A DNA stretch of 64,000 nt, taken from NCBI GenBank assembly GCA_023818695.1, contig JAMWCF010000002.1:66-64065 (forward strand), read 5' to 3'. Source of the stretch: Candidatus Omnitrophota bacterium. Its GTDB lineage: Bacteria > Omnitrophota > Gorgyraeia > 1-14-0-20-64-10. Below are positions 1-11,730 of the stretch, piece after piece (within the stretch, counting starts at the first letter, position 1; every line of letters starts with the position of its first letter). The position numbers were made by a program, and so were the translations under genes. The notes below the pieces were generated by a model. The model made no database searches. It was given only the letters and a program-made list of their open reading frames with translations, and had not been told where the DNA came from.

Positions 1-3000
1 GGAATCCGCCGTCGGGGGGGGAGACGGTGAACACGGGATCCGGGCTGTTTCCGATCAAGGGATCGCTGGACCTGACCGCCCCGGATGGAGGGGAGTCCTG
101 GGATGTTGGCAACACTTATCAGATCACCTGGACGAAGAAGGGAGATTTCGCCGGGGCGGGACACACGGTTCGGCTGGAATACGCCCCGGATGGCAACTCC
201 ACCTCCCCGACCTGGGCGACGATCCCCGGGGCCGCCGTTCTGCCGGCCGCCAACCTGTCTTTCGATTGGTACATCGATGAGACGACCGCCACCAGCCTCA
301 ACGGAAAGGTCCGGATTATCGACAACCTGGATAGCACGGTCAACTCCCCTTCCAACCTGGTTTTCACGGTCAAGGGACAGGTGATCCTGACACAGCCGAA
401 TCCAGACCAGAATGGCATCGTTCTTTTGGTTGGAGACGCCTACGAAATCAAGTGGTCGAAGTTCGGCAACGTGGCCAACCTCAACCTCTATTACTCGACC
501 GATAACGGCTCCAACTACCCGAACCAGATCAACAGCAGTCCGGTCAACGCAGGACTTGGTGCCTTCCCGTGGCCGGGGGGAATTCCGGACCAGATCGGGG
601 ACCAGCTGAAGATCAAGATCGTCGATGCCGATAACCCGAACGTCTTCGACACCTCCAATGTGCCGTTTACCATCAAGGGGAAACTGATTCTGACCTACCC
701 GAATGGAACCGAGAACTTCCAGGTAAACGATACCGTCAACATCCAGTGGACCCCGACCGGTTCCCTTGGCAACATTAAGATTGAATATTCCCCGAACGCC
801 GGGACAACCTGGACCACGATCAACGGATCGACCCCGGCCGCTGATGGCAACGAGAACTGGACGATCGCGCCGACCACCACCACCTCCAACACCGCCCTGA
901 TTCGGCTGACCTCCAACCACATCAATCCCGCTCTGGTGGTGTCGGACGTGTCGGACGGGATCTTCACCGTCCGGGGCGTCGTGGATGTGACCTACCCGAA
1001 CGCAGGGACGGAGATTTGGTTCCCTGGAGATAACCCGGCCATCACCTGGACCACCGCCGGCCAGATCAACAACGTTTCAATCGATTATTCGATCAATAAC
1101 GGTTCAAGCTGGACCAACATCACCCCCTCCTTTTCGGCGGCTGCCGGATCGTATAACCTGTGGACTATCCCCGACACCGCCCTGACGACACAGGGCCGAA
1201 TCCGGGTCACCGATGTGGACAACGGAGCGGTGACAGACCAGTCGGCCAACCCGTTCAAGATCCGGGGGAAACTGCGGGTGGATGCCCCGACGACGGGAGA
1301 GATGGTCGTCGTTGGCAACACCTATCAGATCAAATGGACCCGATGGGGAAACTTTCCGACGGTGGATATCGAATACAGCACCGACGGCGGGTCGACCTAC
1401 AGTTTCTGCAGGGATTCCTTGAACAACGAGGCCAATGCCTACGATGCCTCGCAGGGAGCGACCGGTTTCCCCTGGAAGGTGCCGGATTCCCTGGGGGGGA
1501 ACACAAAGATCCGGATCACAGCTGATTCCGGGCCGGAGCCGGGGGTGGTGATGGCGGAAACCGGTCTCTTCAAGATTGTGGGCGCCTTGACCATCAGCAG
1601 GCCGAACAGCAGCGACAAATGGCTGGTGCAGTCCCAGAACAACATCACCTGGAGCCGGACCGGTTCCATCGCTTACGCCCGTCTGCAGTATTCCACCAAC
1701 GGCGGCTCCAGCTACACCCTGATCATCGATCAGACGGCGGCGGACGCCCTCTCCTATCCCTGGACGATCCCCAACAACCCGGGAATTGTTTCCACCAACG
1801 CGGCGGTGAAGATCACCGACTACAATGAACCGGCGGTCTTCGACGTCTCGGATATTTTCACGATCCTGCCGGCCTACACGGTGACTCGGCCGGCTGACGG
1901 GGCGGTGGAGAAGCTGGTGGTGGGGACGCCCTTCAACATCACATGGACAAAACTTGGCGATAACCCGAGGGTCAAGATCACCTATTCGATCAACGGAACC
2001 GATTTCAACCCGATCGCAGAGACCGAGGAGGGAACCAACGATGACGGTATTGTCACCAACGACGGCTCCTTCTCCTGGATCGTTCCGGACGATTGGCAGG
2101 GAGGGTCCGGTCTAACGACCAACGGGCGGATCCGGGTGGCTTATTCCGATGCCCCGGCCGACTCTTTCGACGACTCGGATGTCTTCTATATCAACGCCGG
2201 CTTCACCGTAGTGGCTCCGAACAGTTCCGCCGACAAGTGGGATATCGGGAGCCAGCAGTTCGTCCGCTGGACCACAACAAGCACGCATGTCCCGCAGGTC
2301 AAGATCTTCTATTCCACCGATGGAGGGTCCACCTACCCGAACCTGCTGACGGCCGCTGCGGACAACACCGGTCCGATCAGCCAGGAGCGGACGTGGGAGT
2401 GGAACCCGGTGGACGGTCCGATCACCTCCCAGTTTCGGGTGAGGGTGGAGGACGCCAACGAGTCAACCGCCTTTGACACATCCAACTTCAACGCCAAGAT
2501 CAAGGCCTTCTTCCAGGTGCTGAACCCCAACGGCAACGCCGCCGGCACGCAGAACTTCATCGTGGGGACCAATGACGCCAGCACCCAGATCGGCTGGACA
2601 TGGAACGGCGCCGTGCCGGAAGCGAAGGTGGAGTATTCCACCGACGGCGGCTCGACCTGGGGTCCGATCGTAGAGAGTTACAACACACCGAACGACGGCA
2701 TCGTGCTCAACGACGGTTCCCAGCCCTGGACGATTCCGGATAATATCTCCCCGACGGTGAAGGTCAAGGTCGGTTCCCCCACCGATTTCGACGCCTATGA
2801 CGTCTCGGACTACAACTTCAAGATCCGGGGGAACTTCACGCTCACCAGGCCGACGACCGGCGCTGAGCGGTTCAAAATCGGGCTGTCCGACACCATCGAA
2901 TGGACGACGGTCGGCAACATCACACAGGTCCAGCTGATCGCCTACTCCACCGATCCGAACGATCCGGACTTCCGGGATGCTTCCAATAACGTTTACACCT

Positions 3001-5471
3001 TGGCCAACCCCTACGTGATCGAGAACAGCTGGGCCAGCACCCCCAACGGCAGCACCGTCTACACCTGGAACCCGATCCCGAACAAGGCCTCCTCGACGGT
3101 GAAGGTTCGGGTGGTCGACCCGAACGACCCGACCCTGGTCTATGATGATTCCGACAACGCCTTCCAGATCCAGGGGCACTTCATCCTGGCCAATCCGCTC
3201 TTTACCGGCATGGCGGCCCCGGTGGGCAGCACGATCAACGTCGACTGGACCTGGGGCGGCAACATGACCACCGCCTTGATTGAATACTCCACCGACGGCG
3301 GATCGAACTGGAACCCGATCAATGAGAACGAGGGGACCGCTAATGATGGCGTCGTGACCAACGATGGGCGGTACGAGTGGACGATTCCAGACACCATCTC
3401 GACGAACTCCGTGCTGCGGATTCGCCGAAACGCCACCGACTTCGAAGTGATGGATGTCTCCGGCGTTTTCAACATCCACGGGAATTTCACCCTCACCTCG
3501 CCGGTCGGCGGGGAGCGGTTCATCGTCAACAAACCGACCTCCATCACGTGGGACTGGAACGGCACCATGAGCACGGTCAAGATCGAATACTCCGTGGATG
3601 GCGGCACCACCTGGAATCCGATCAATGAGAGCGTGCTGACCCCGGATGACGGCATTGTCACCAACGGGTCCGGCTCCAGCGGCTCCACCGGATACACCTG
3701 GACGGTGCCGGACGACTGGACCACGACGGCCAAGATCCGGATTTCCAATCCGGACGATCCGAACTACGGGTACAGCATTTCACCCGCCGTCTTCGATATC
3801 GACTATTACCTCATTCAATGGACCGTCCGCGACGCTCTATCCAACGCTCATATCACCGGTGCCAGCGTTTCCTCGACCGACGGCTGGGTCGAATCGGGCC
3901 TTTCCTCCGCGGTCAACCCGATCACCTGGCTCCATGCCGGGGGCGGGCAGGGGCATCCCTACGGTTCCTACACGGCCACCTGGACCCATCCGGAGTATGG
4001 GCCCAAGTCGATACCGTTCGTCGCCAACAGCGACCAAAGCATCACGGTCTACCTGGAGTCGGTGGTTGTGCACGTCTATGATGCGAACACCCAGTACGTC
4101 TATGATCCGGTGGCGAATGTGCTCGATATGCAGTCCACGCTGATCCGCGACGGCAACGCGATTGTCCCGACGGGGCAGACCTCCGGGAAGGTGGCCATCT
4201 ATGAGAAAGACGCGGCGGGCACTGATTCCACCCTTCTGTGGTCGGCGCAGATAGGGGACCACGCGACAAATCCCATCTCCCCGACCGCGCTGCCGGGCAA
4301 CCCGAACGTGGGCTACTACTACTTCAAATGGACCGGGACGACCCTCCAGGCCGGCAAGACGTACACCATCGTGACCTCCATCACCAACATCCTGGGCGGG
4401 ATCTTCAATACGCCCAAGACGTTCAGTGTCAACACGGAGAAGAAACTGGTGGACACCGAAGCGGCGGCGGTCGCTGCCCAGGCTAAGGTTGACGCGGTGC
4501 TGGGAACAACGCCTCTGCCCACCCTGATAGCGCAGGCGGAGCAGAACATCGTGACTGCCGTTGAGGCCAAGCTGGATGAAGGTGTCGTTGAGGTCAAGGC
4601 CGCGGCGCAGGAAGTTCGGGACGCCAAGGACGAGTTTGAGACGGCGGCTAATGAGATCCTGACCAGCATGGAGGAGACCGCTGCGAAGGCGGATGCCGCG
4701 ACCGTCCAGCTGCAGGAGACGGCGGCTGAAGCGGAATTGACCCAGAAGAAGAATGCCGCCACCTTGAGCCTGCCGAAGGATGTTTTGTCCGGCACCGAGG
4801 CGTCCATCCGGTTCCAGGCGGCCGAAGGGGGGCTGACGCCACTTGTCACTATCAAGGACCATAAGGGGAACATCCTGGTCAACGCTTTTCCGATGAGCCC
4901 CAGCATCGATGAAGAGTCCCTCTACGTCTTCGACTTTGACACCGCGAAATTCGCCTCCCAGCTGACGCCCGGCAAGCCGTTCAGCGTGACCGTCAACGAG
5001 TCCAAATACGGGTCATTCCGGTTTGGGGACGTTCTGATGACCGCCACCACCCTTGACGCGGTCGCAGCGGCGGCGTCAAGCGAAAGCGGTGTCAAGCGGG
5101 TGGCCAACGACATCATGGAGACGTTGAACCAGATGCGCAGCCAGATCGTCGGGGACACCGATGTATCCGTCGCACTGCAATCTTTGAATTCGAAGGTAGA
5201 CCGGTTGCCGGCCTTAATAGCCCAGGAGAGCGATAAGACGAAGTCGGCCCGGACTATCAACCAGATCGCCCAGCAGTTGAAAGACCTGGGCGGCGATCTA
5301 GGGGTAGACATCGGGACCCTGGTCGCCCAGAAGCTGGAGGAGTCTCCCTCCATGAAACAGGTTGTGAAGTCCACCGATCTGATTCAGGGGGCGGTGGAGG
5401 TGGTTCAGGGCGTGATCGAACAGAAGCTTGGAGGGACCGAAGATGTGGTCGTCAACCTGGTCGTTTCATAA
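1..5471 (+). CDS. Giant repeat-rich surface/adhesin-like protein, 5' end probably cut by the window edge
   Basis: ORF 27..5471 (1814 aa) stays open in the same frame back to base 3. The N-terminus has no signal peptide and begins with the tail of a repeat unit (F-P-I-K-G), so the gene likely starts upstream. It has 12 tandem beta-rich units, each with an Asp-box-like Y-S-x-D-G-G-S-T-W motif and ending F-x-I-x-G. After the repeats come a beta-rich segment, an Ala/Glu-rich coiled-coil-like stretch (EKKLVDTEAAAVAAQAKVDAV...) and a helical tail. Confidence 0.75.
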   Translation, partial: NPPSGGETVNTGSGLFPIKGSLDLTAPDGGESWDVGNTYQITWTKKGDFAGAGHTVRLEYAPDGNSTSPTWATIPGAAVLPAANLSFDWYIDETTATSLNGKVRIIDNLDSTVNSPSNLVFTVKGQVILTQPNPDQNGIVLLVGDAYEIKWSKFGNVANLNLYYSTDNGSNYPNQINSSPVNAGLGAFPWPGGIPDQIGDQLKIKIVDADNPNVFDTSNVPFTIKGKLILTYPNGTENFQVNDTVNIQWTPTGSLGNIKIEYSPNAGTTWTTINGSTPAADGNENWTIAPTTTTSNTALIRLTSNHINPALVVSDVSDGIFTVRGVVDVTYPNAGTEIWFPGDNPAITWTTAGQINNVSIDYSINNGSSWTNITPSFSAAAGSYNLWTIPDTALTTQGRIRVTDVDNGAVTDQSANPFKIRGKLRVDAPTTGEMVVVGNTYQIKWTRWGNFPTVDIEYSTDGGSTYSFCRDSLNNEANAYDASQGATGFPWKVPDSLGGNTKIRITADSGPEPGVVMAETGLFKIVGALTISRPNSSDKWLVQSQNNITWSRTGSIAYARLQYSTNGGSSYTLIIDQTAADALSYPWTIPNNPGIVSTNAAVKITDYNEPAVFDVSDIFTILPAYTVTRPADGAVEKLVVGTPFNITWTKLGDNPRVKITYSINGTDFNPIAETEEGTNDDGIVTNDGSFSWIVPDDWQGGSGLTTNGRIRVAYSDAPADSFDDSDVFYINAGFTVVAPNSSADKWDIGSQQFVRWTTTSTHVPQVKIFYSTDGGSTYPNLLTAAADNTGPISQERTWEWNPVDGPITSQFRVRVEDANESTAFDTSNFNAKIKAFFQVLNPNGNAAGTQNFIVGTNDASTQIGWTWNGAVPEAKVEYSTDGGSTWGPIVESYNTPNDGIVLNDGSQPWTIPDNISPTVKVKVGSPTDFDAYDVSDYNFKIRGNFTLTRPTTGAERFKIGLSDTIEWTTVGNITQVQLIAYSTDPNDPDFRDASNNVYTLANPYVIENSWASTPNGSTVYTWNPIPNKASSTVKVRVVDPNDPTLVYDDSDNAFQIQGHFILANPLFTGMAAPVGSTINVDWTWGGNMTTALIEYSTDGGSNWNPINENEGTANDGVVTNDGRYEWTIPDTISTNSVLRIRRNATDFEVMDVSGVFNIHGNFTLTSPVGGERFIVNKPTSITWDWNGTMSTVKIEYSVDGGTTWNPINESVLTPDDGIVTNGSGSSGSTGYTWTVPDDWTTTAKIRISNPDDPNYGYSISPAVFDIDYYLIQWTVRDALSNAHITGASVSSTDGWVESGLSSAVNPITWLHAGGGQGHPYGSYTATWTHPEYGPKSIPFVANSDQSITVYLESVVVHVYDANTQYVYDPVANVLDMQSTLIRDGNAIVPTGQTSGKVAIYEKDAAGTDSTLLWSAQIGDHATNPISPTALPGNPNVGYYYFKWTGTTLQAGKTYTIVTSITNILGGIFNTPKTFSVNTEKKLVDTEAAAVAAQAKVDAVLGTTPLPTLIAQAEQNIVTAVEAKLDEGVVEVKAAAQEVRDAKDEFETAANEILTSMEETAAKADAATVQLQETAAEAELTQKKNAATLSLPKDVLSGTEASIRFQAAEGGLTPLVTIKDHKGNILVNAFPMSPSIDEESLYVFDFDTAKFASQLTPGKPFSVTVNESKYGSFRFGDVLMTATTLDAVAAAASSESGVKRVANDIMETLNQMRSQIVGDTDVSVALQSLNSKVDRLPALIAQESDKTKSARTINQIAQQLKDLGGDLGVDIGTLVAQKLEESPSMKQVVKSTDLIQGAVEVVQGVIEQKLGGTEDVVVNLVVS
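57..3810 (+). repeat. 12 in-frame tandem coding repeats of ~300-315 nt (~100-105 aa) inside the giant surface protein
   Basis: Recurrent protein pattern W-x-x-G-x-x-x-x-I-x-W ... [IL]-x-Y-S-x-D-G-G-x-x-W ... W-x-[IV]-P-D ... [KR]-[IV]-[RK]-[IV] ... D-x-S-D-x-x-F-x-I-x-G. The 12 Asp-box-like cores are LEYAPDGNS, LYYSTDNGSNY, IEYSPNAGTTW, IDYSINNGSSW, IEYSTDGGSTY, LQYSTNGGSSY, ITYSINGTDF, IFYSTDGGSTY, VEYSTDGGSTW, IAYSTDPNDP, IEYSTDGGSNW and IEYSVDGGTTW. The copies are diverged rather than recent identical duplicates. Confidence 0.8.
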
Positions 5472-6285
5472 AACATCCGCCCTTTCGGCGTTGCTCTTCA
5501 TGGCGCTGACGGTTTTACCGGCCCAGCCAGCCGCCTCGGCCGAGGAGGCCAGCAGGGAGCCAGTCTCTTTCCGGGTGGTGGCGGTGAACCCCTCCGCGAC
5601 CAAGGCCCAGCAGGTGCCGGTGAAGATTTATCTCCCCCAGGAGGTCACGCCGAAGGATGTGATCGATTCAGGCGAGCTGGACCTGGAGTACGACGATGTG
5701 AAGTCGACCTACTACGTCTACAAGGACGCGGTCCAGCTGGCCCCGCAGGAGACGAAGATCTTCGAGGTCCTTGTCAAAGACGTCTGGATGGTTCCCCAGG
5801 CGGAGCTGGACGCCCTGCGCAACCATGCCCGCCTGGTGCTCAAGCGCCTGGAGCCGTCCGAATTCTACCAGTCCGGTAAGGCCCTGTTCGACGCCCTCGA
5901 CGAACGGCTGGCCGGCATCGAGCAGACGCAGAACGACGAGACATTGAGCCGGAAACAGCGGATCGGCGCCTACCGCCTTTCTCTGGAGGCGATCGAGAAG
6001 GTCAAGGAGGATGTTGCCAAGATGGAGAAGCTCCTGACCTTCACCGGCGGGGTGCCGGTTCCTGAAATGCTGGAGGAGTCAAAGATCAAATCAGACGCGC
6101 CGTCGACAAAGACGACGTGGATGCTGATCATCATGATTCTTATTTTCTTAGGATGTTTGGGAGGGCTGTTCTTCTGGACGTGGCACCGCAAGGCGCAGGA
6201 GGAAAAGAGCATCGGCGTCTTGAAGCAGGGCGTTTTCGGTTCGGAGGAGCAGCCGAACCCAGAAAATAGAGGGAAAGCGGCATGA
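5443..6285 (+). CDS. Secreted, C-terminally membrane-anchored protein of unknown function
   Basis: ORF 5428..6285. The ATG at 5443 gives MWSSTWSFHKTSALSALLFMALTVLPAQPAASA, which looks like a signal peptide. There is a central helical region and one C-terminal TM helix (WMLIIMILIFLGCLGGLFFWTW). It overlaps the upstream gene end (5471), and its stop overlaps the next start (ATGA at 6282-6285). Confidence 0.6.
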   Translation: MWSSTWSFHKTSALSALLFMALTVLPAQPAASAEEASREPVSFRVVAVNPSATKAQQVPVKIYLPQEVTPKDVIDSGELDLEYDDVKSTYYVYKDAVQLAPQETKIFEVLVKDVWMVPQAELDALRNHARLVLKRLEPSEFYQSGKALFDALDERLAGIEQTQNDETLSRKQRIGAYRLSLEAIEKVKEDVAKMEKLLTFTGGVPVPEMLEESKIKSDAPSTKTTWMLIIMILIFLGCLGGLFFWTWHRKAQEEKSIGVLKQGVFGSEEQPNPENRGKAA

Positions 6286-6515
6286 TTCTGGATGTCGTTA
6301 TTTTGGGGCCTGACCGCTCCTTATTCGAAGGCAGGGCTTCGCGCGTCATATGTCCCGGTGAGCAAGGCGTATTCGAAATAGGTCCTTTCCATCGGCCGCT
6401 GGTGAGCCGACTTTTCCCGGGCGCTGTTATCGTTGACGACAAATCCCTGCCGATTCATCGGGGAGTAGTGAAGGTCGAAAAGAATCGGGTCACCGCTTTG
6501 GTGGAGCCGGTCTGA
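6282..6515 (+). CDS. atpC: F-type ATPase epsilon-like subunit, beta-sandwich domain only (77 aa)
   Basis: MILDVVILGPDRSLFEGRASRVICPGEQGVFEIGPFHRPLVSRLFPGAVIV...GVVKVEKNRVTALVE follows the canonical epsilon N-terminal pattern (I-V-T-P-x ... G-x-x-G-I-L-P-x-H-x-P-L ... G-x-V ... G-G-F-x-E-V ... V-T-I-L-A). The C-terminal helical hairpin is absent. Confidence 0.55.
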   Translation: MILDVVILGPDRSLFEGRASRVICPGEQGVFEIGPFHRPLVSRLFPGAVIVDDKSLPIHRGVVKVEKNRVTALVEPV

Positions 6516-6580
6516 ACGACGTTCCGATCGTCCCGCCGTTTCCCTCAAAGACAAAACGTGAAAAACCGGAGGAAAGGTGC

Positions 6581-6808
6581 GTGAGCAGGAATTTCGCTCT
6601 GACCGTTATCTTTTCTTTGTGCGTCATGGGTCCGATGCTGGTGATGGCCGCCGCCGGTTTCGCCAGCATCTCAGCGCTGGGGAGGAACCCCTCCAGCGCG
6701 CCGAAGATCCTGACGGCCATGGTGATGACGCTGCTGTGCGCCGAGGCGCTGGCGATCATCGCTTTCCTCGTGGTGTGGCAGCTGTTCGCGCCGGGGCGGG
6801 GAGGGTGA
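6581..6808 (+). CDS. atpE: F-type ATPase c subunit (75 aa, two TM helices)
   Basis: The hairpin of two hydrophobic helices joined by the polar loop ALGRNPSSAPK resembles the R-Q-P-E loop. A conserved carboxylate sits in helix 2 (LLCAEALAIIAFLV). GGAGGA lies upstream of the GTG start. Confidence 0.7.
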   Translation: MSRNFALTVIFSLCVMGPMLVMAAAGFASISALGRNPSSAPKILTAMVMTLLCAEALAIIAFLVVWQLFAPGRGG

Positions 6809-6809
6809 G

Positions 6810-7541
6810 ATGACCCTCTTGGCCCCTGTGCTGGTTCTGTTGTTCATCGGGGGACTTCTGTTCCTGGTAATGCGCCATGTCCTGACCCGCCATTTCACCC
6901 AGGCGACGGGGCACCTCTACACCTTGAGCCAGGAGACGTTGGCCCAGCAGGAGACGCTGAAAAAGAAGATGCTGGAGGGGGACCGCCACTACCAGGAGCA
7001 GCTGGCGAAGGCGCAGGAGGAGGGGAACAAGATCAAAAACAGGATCCTCTCGGAGGCCGAGTTGGCCAAACAGCAGGTCATCGACGAGGCCCGGCGGGAA
7101 GCGGAACGGATCGTCCAGCAGGCGCTGCAGACGAGGCAGGCGCTTCAGAAGGAGTTGTCCGAGTCGATGGAATCCAAGGCGGTGGAGTGGGCCGGCCAGC
7201 TTTTGGAGGGGGCTCTGCCGGAAGAGCTGCGGGAAGCGGCGCACGCCCAGTGGGTGGACGGCCTGATGAAGAACGGGCTGGTCAAGACGGAGGGTTTGAG
7301 CCAGAAATCAAAGGTGGATAAGGCCAAGGTTGTTTCCGCCTTTCCCCTGACGCCCGCCCAGAAAAAGCTGTTGGGCAGCCGATTGCAGGAGGCGATGGGG
7401 CTGGAGGTCAAGCTGGAAGAGGAAGTGGACGCCCGTCTGGTGGCTGGGCTCGTGATCACGCTCGGAGATCTGGTTTTCGACGGCTCCCTGGCGAGCCGGT
7501 TGAAGGAGATAGCGCGGCATGCTCAAAATCGAATCCAGTGA
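6810..7541 (+). CDS. atpF: F-type ATPase b subunit fused to a delta (OSCP)-like C-terminal segment
   Basis: N-terminal TM helix (LLAPVLVLLFIGGLLFLVM), then a long charged coiled coil (EAELAKQQVIDEARREAERIVQQA). The C-terminus KVVSAFPLTPAQKKLLGSRLQEAMGLEVKLEEEVDARLVAGLVITLGDLVFDGSLASRLKEI matches the typical delta-subunit C-terminal pattern (V-D-P-x-L-I-G-G-x-x-I-x-V-G-D-x-V-x-D-G-S). Confidence 0.6.
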   Translation: MTLLAPVLVLLFIGGLLFLVMRHVLTRHFTQATGHLYTLSQETLAQQETLKKKMLEGDRHYQEQLAKAQEEGNKIKNRILSEAELAKQQVIDEARREAERIVQQALQTRQALQKELSESMESKAVEWAGQLLEGALPEELREAAHAQWVDGLMKNGLVKTEGLSQKSKVDKAKVVSAFPLTPAQKKLLGSRLQEAMGLEVKLEEEVDARLVAGLVITLGDLVFDGSLASRLKEIARHAQNRIQ

Positions 7542-9008
7542 AATCCGGCCTTCGCCGCCGGCCTTCGATGTCCGGGAGGTGGGGAGGGTGGTTTCCGTCC
7601 GCGAATTCATCGCGAAGGTGCGGGGGCTGCCTTCCTGCCGGAATGGCCAGAAGGTCCAGTTCTCTTATGGAGACCCGGGGATGATCATGGGGTTCACGGA
7701 GGATGCCGTCTTGGTGCTTGTCTTCGGGAACAAGGCGCGCCTGCATGCGGGCTGCGAGGTCTATTCCCGCCAGGAGCCGTTCTGCGTGCCGGTGGGGGAG
7801 GAATTCGTGGGCAGGGTGGTCACCTCTTTGGGCGAGCCGGTCGACGGCCTGGGGTCCATCAAGGCGGCCGGCATGAACCCGATTTTCAGGGACGCGCCTG
7901 GGGTCATGGAGCGGGAGCCGGTGAACAACCCGTTGGAGACCGGCGTGCGGATCATCGATTCCTGCTTTCCGATCGCCAAGGGGCAGAGACAGCTGATCAT
8001 CGGCGACCAGATGACCGGCAAAACGACCATCGTGACCGACACGATCCTCAACCAGAAAGGCAAGAACGTCATCTGCATCTACTGCGCGGTCGGACAGAGC
8101 CAGTCCGCTTTCCAGAAGACCATGAAACTGTTGAGGGAGAAAGACGCCCTGGATTACACCACCGTCATCGCGGGGACCGCCTCTGCTCCACTGGCGGAGC
8201 AGTTTCTGGCGCCGTATTCGGCGGCCGCCATGGCCGAATATTTCGCCTCCCTGGGAAGGGACGTCTTCGTGGCCTTCGATGACTTGAGCAAGCACGCCTG
8301 GGCCTACCGCCAGCTTTCGCTGTTGCTGGAGAGACCGCCCGGGCGGGAGGCCTATCCGGGCGACATCTTCTACATCCATTCGCAGCTTCTCGAACGGGCC
8401 GGAAAGTTCATCAGGGAGCTGGGAGGCGGGACCATCACCTTTTTCCCGATCGTTGCCACCATCCAGGGGGATATCACCGGCTACATCCAGACCAACATCA
8501 TCTCCATCACCGACGGCCAGCTGTACTTGAATACCTCCCTTTTTCAGAAGGGGTTCAAGCCGGCCATCGATGTGGGACTCTCTGTCTCCCGCATCGGGAA
8601 CAAGGCGCTCTCGTCGGCGATGAAGGAGGTGATCGGGAAACTTCGCCTGGAGTACCTGCAGTTTCAGGAACTGCAGCGGATGACGACCCTCAAGGCGGAT
8701 CTCTCCTCCGAGGCGGAGACCCGTTTGAGAAGAGGGGAACTGGTGAACCTGTTTTTCACCCAGCCGAAATCCAAGCCGGCCGCCCTGGCCGACCAGGTCC
8801 TTTTCCTGTACGGGATCCGCAGCGGCCTGCTGGATGCCGTCCCGCAGATTTGGAGTCGGTTCAAGGAGGAGGCGGGCGGCTGGATGCGGCGGGTTCACCC
8901 GGAGATCATGCGGGAGATTCAGGAGAAGCAGGCACTGGCGCCCGAATTGAAGCAGAAGATGAATGAGGCCCTGCTGGAGTTTATCCAGGACACGGGGGTG
9001 CCGACGAA

Positions 9009-9012
<4 letters not shown>
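7519..9012 (+). CDS. atpA: F1 ATPase alpha subunit
   Basis: 497 aa. Walker A is GDQMTGKT (canonical GDRQTGKT). Other matches are IYCAVGQ, FDDLSKHAWAYRQLSLLLERPPGREAYPGDIFYIHSQLLERA and ITDGQLYL. It overlaps the b/delta gene by 23 nt. Confidence 0.9.

Positions 9013-11719
<2,707 letters not shown>

Positions 11720-11730
<11 letters not shown>

Noticed and set aside
14-21. G8 homopolymer at the extreme 5' end, a possible slipped-strand phase-variation tract in or just before the repeat-protein gene. Similar A8 runs occur at 60488-60495 and 20517-20524.
   Set aside because: A single sequence cannot show length variation. Runs of this length occur elsewhere in ordinary genes of the window, and the tract is too close to the window edge to interpret.
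85-5374. Dozens of 60-340 aa ORFs in other frames or on the other strand within the repeat-protein gene, for example 2463-3479 (-) and 3837-4862 (-).
   Set aside because: They are nested in a continuous 5.4-kb ORF with an obvious periodic domain structure, and their translations are Pro/Arg/Gly-rich with no features.
5443-6285. Possibility that the protein upstream of the epsilon gene is the missing ATPase a subunit.
   Set aside because: It has only a signal peptide and one C-terminal TM helix, its body is soluble and helical, and it lacks the multi-helix bundle and conserved Arg.
6577-6813. Alternative-frame 78-aa ORF overlapping the c-subunit gene. Minus-strand ORFs at 6490-6759 and 6671-6898 overlap it as well.
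   Set aside because: The frame starting at 6581 gives a textbook two-helix c subunit with an RBS. The alternatives are Arg/Gly-rich with no membrane helices.
7456-8898. Long minus-strand ORFs opposite atpA (7456-8898), gspE (11810-13246), the GspK-like/PilMN genes (22305-23657), the permease (28286-29599), GH94 (33549-35309) and the Tiki-like gene (36044-37555).
   Set aside because: Each lies fully antisense to a gene with strong family motifs and has the compositional signature of GC-rich shadow ORFs. None has a plausible RBS or any conserved motif.
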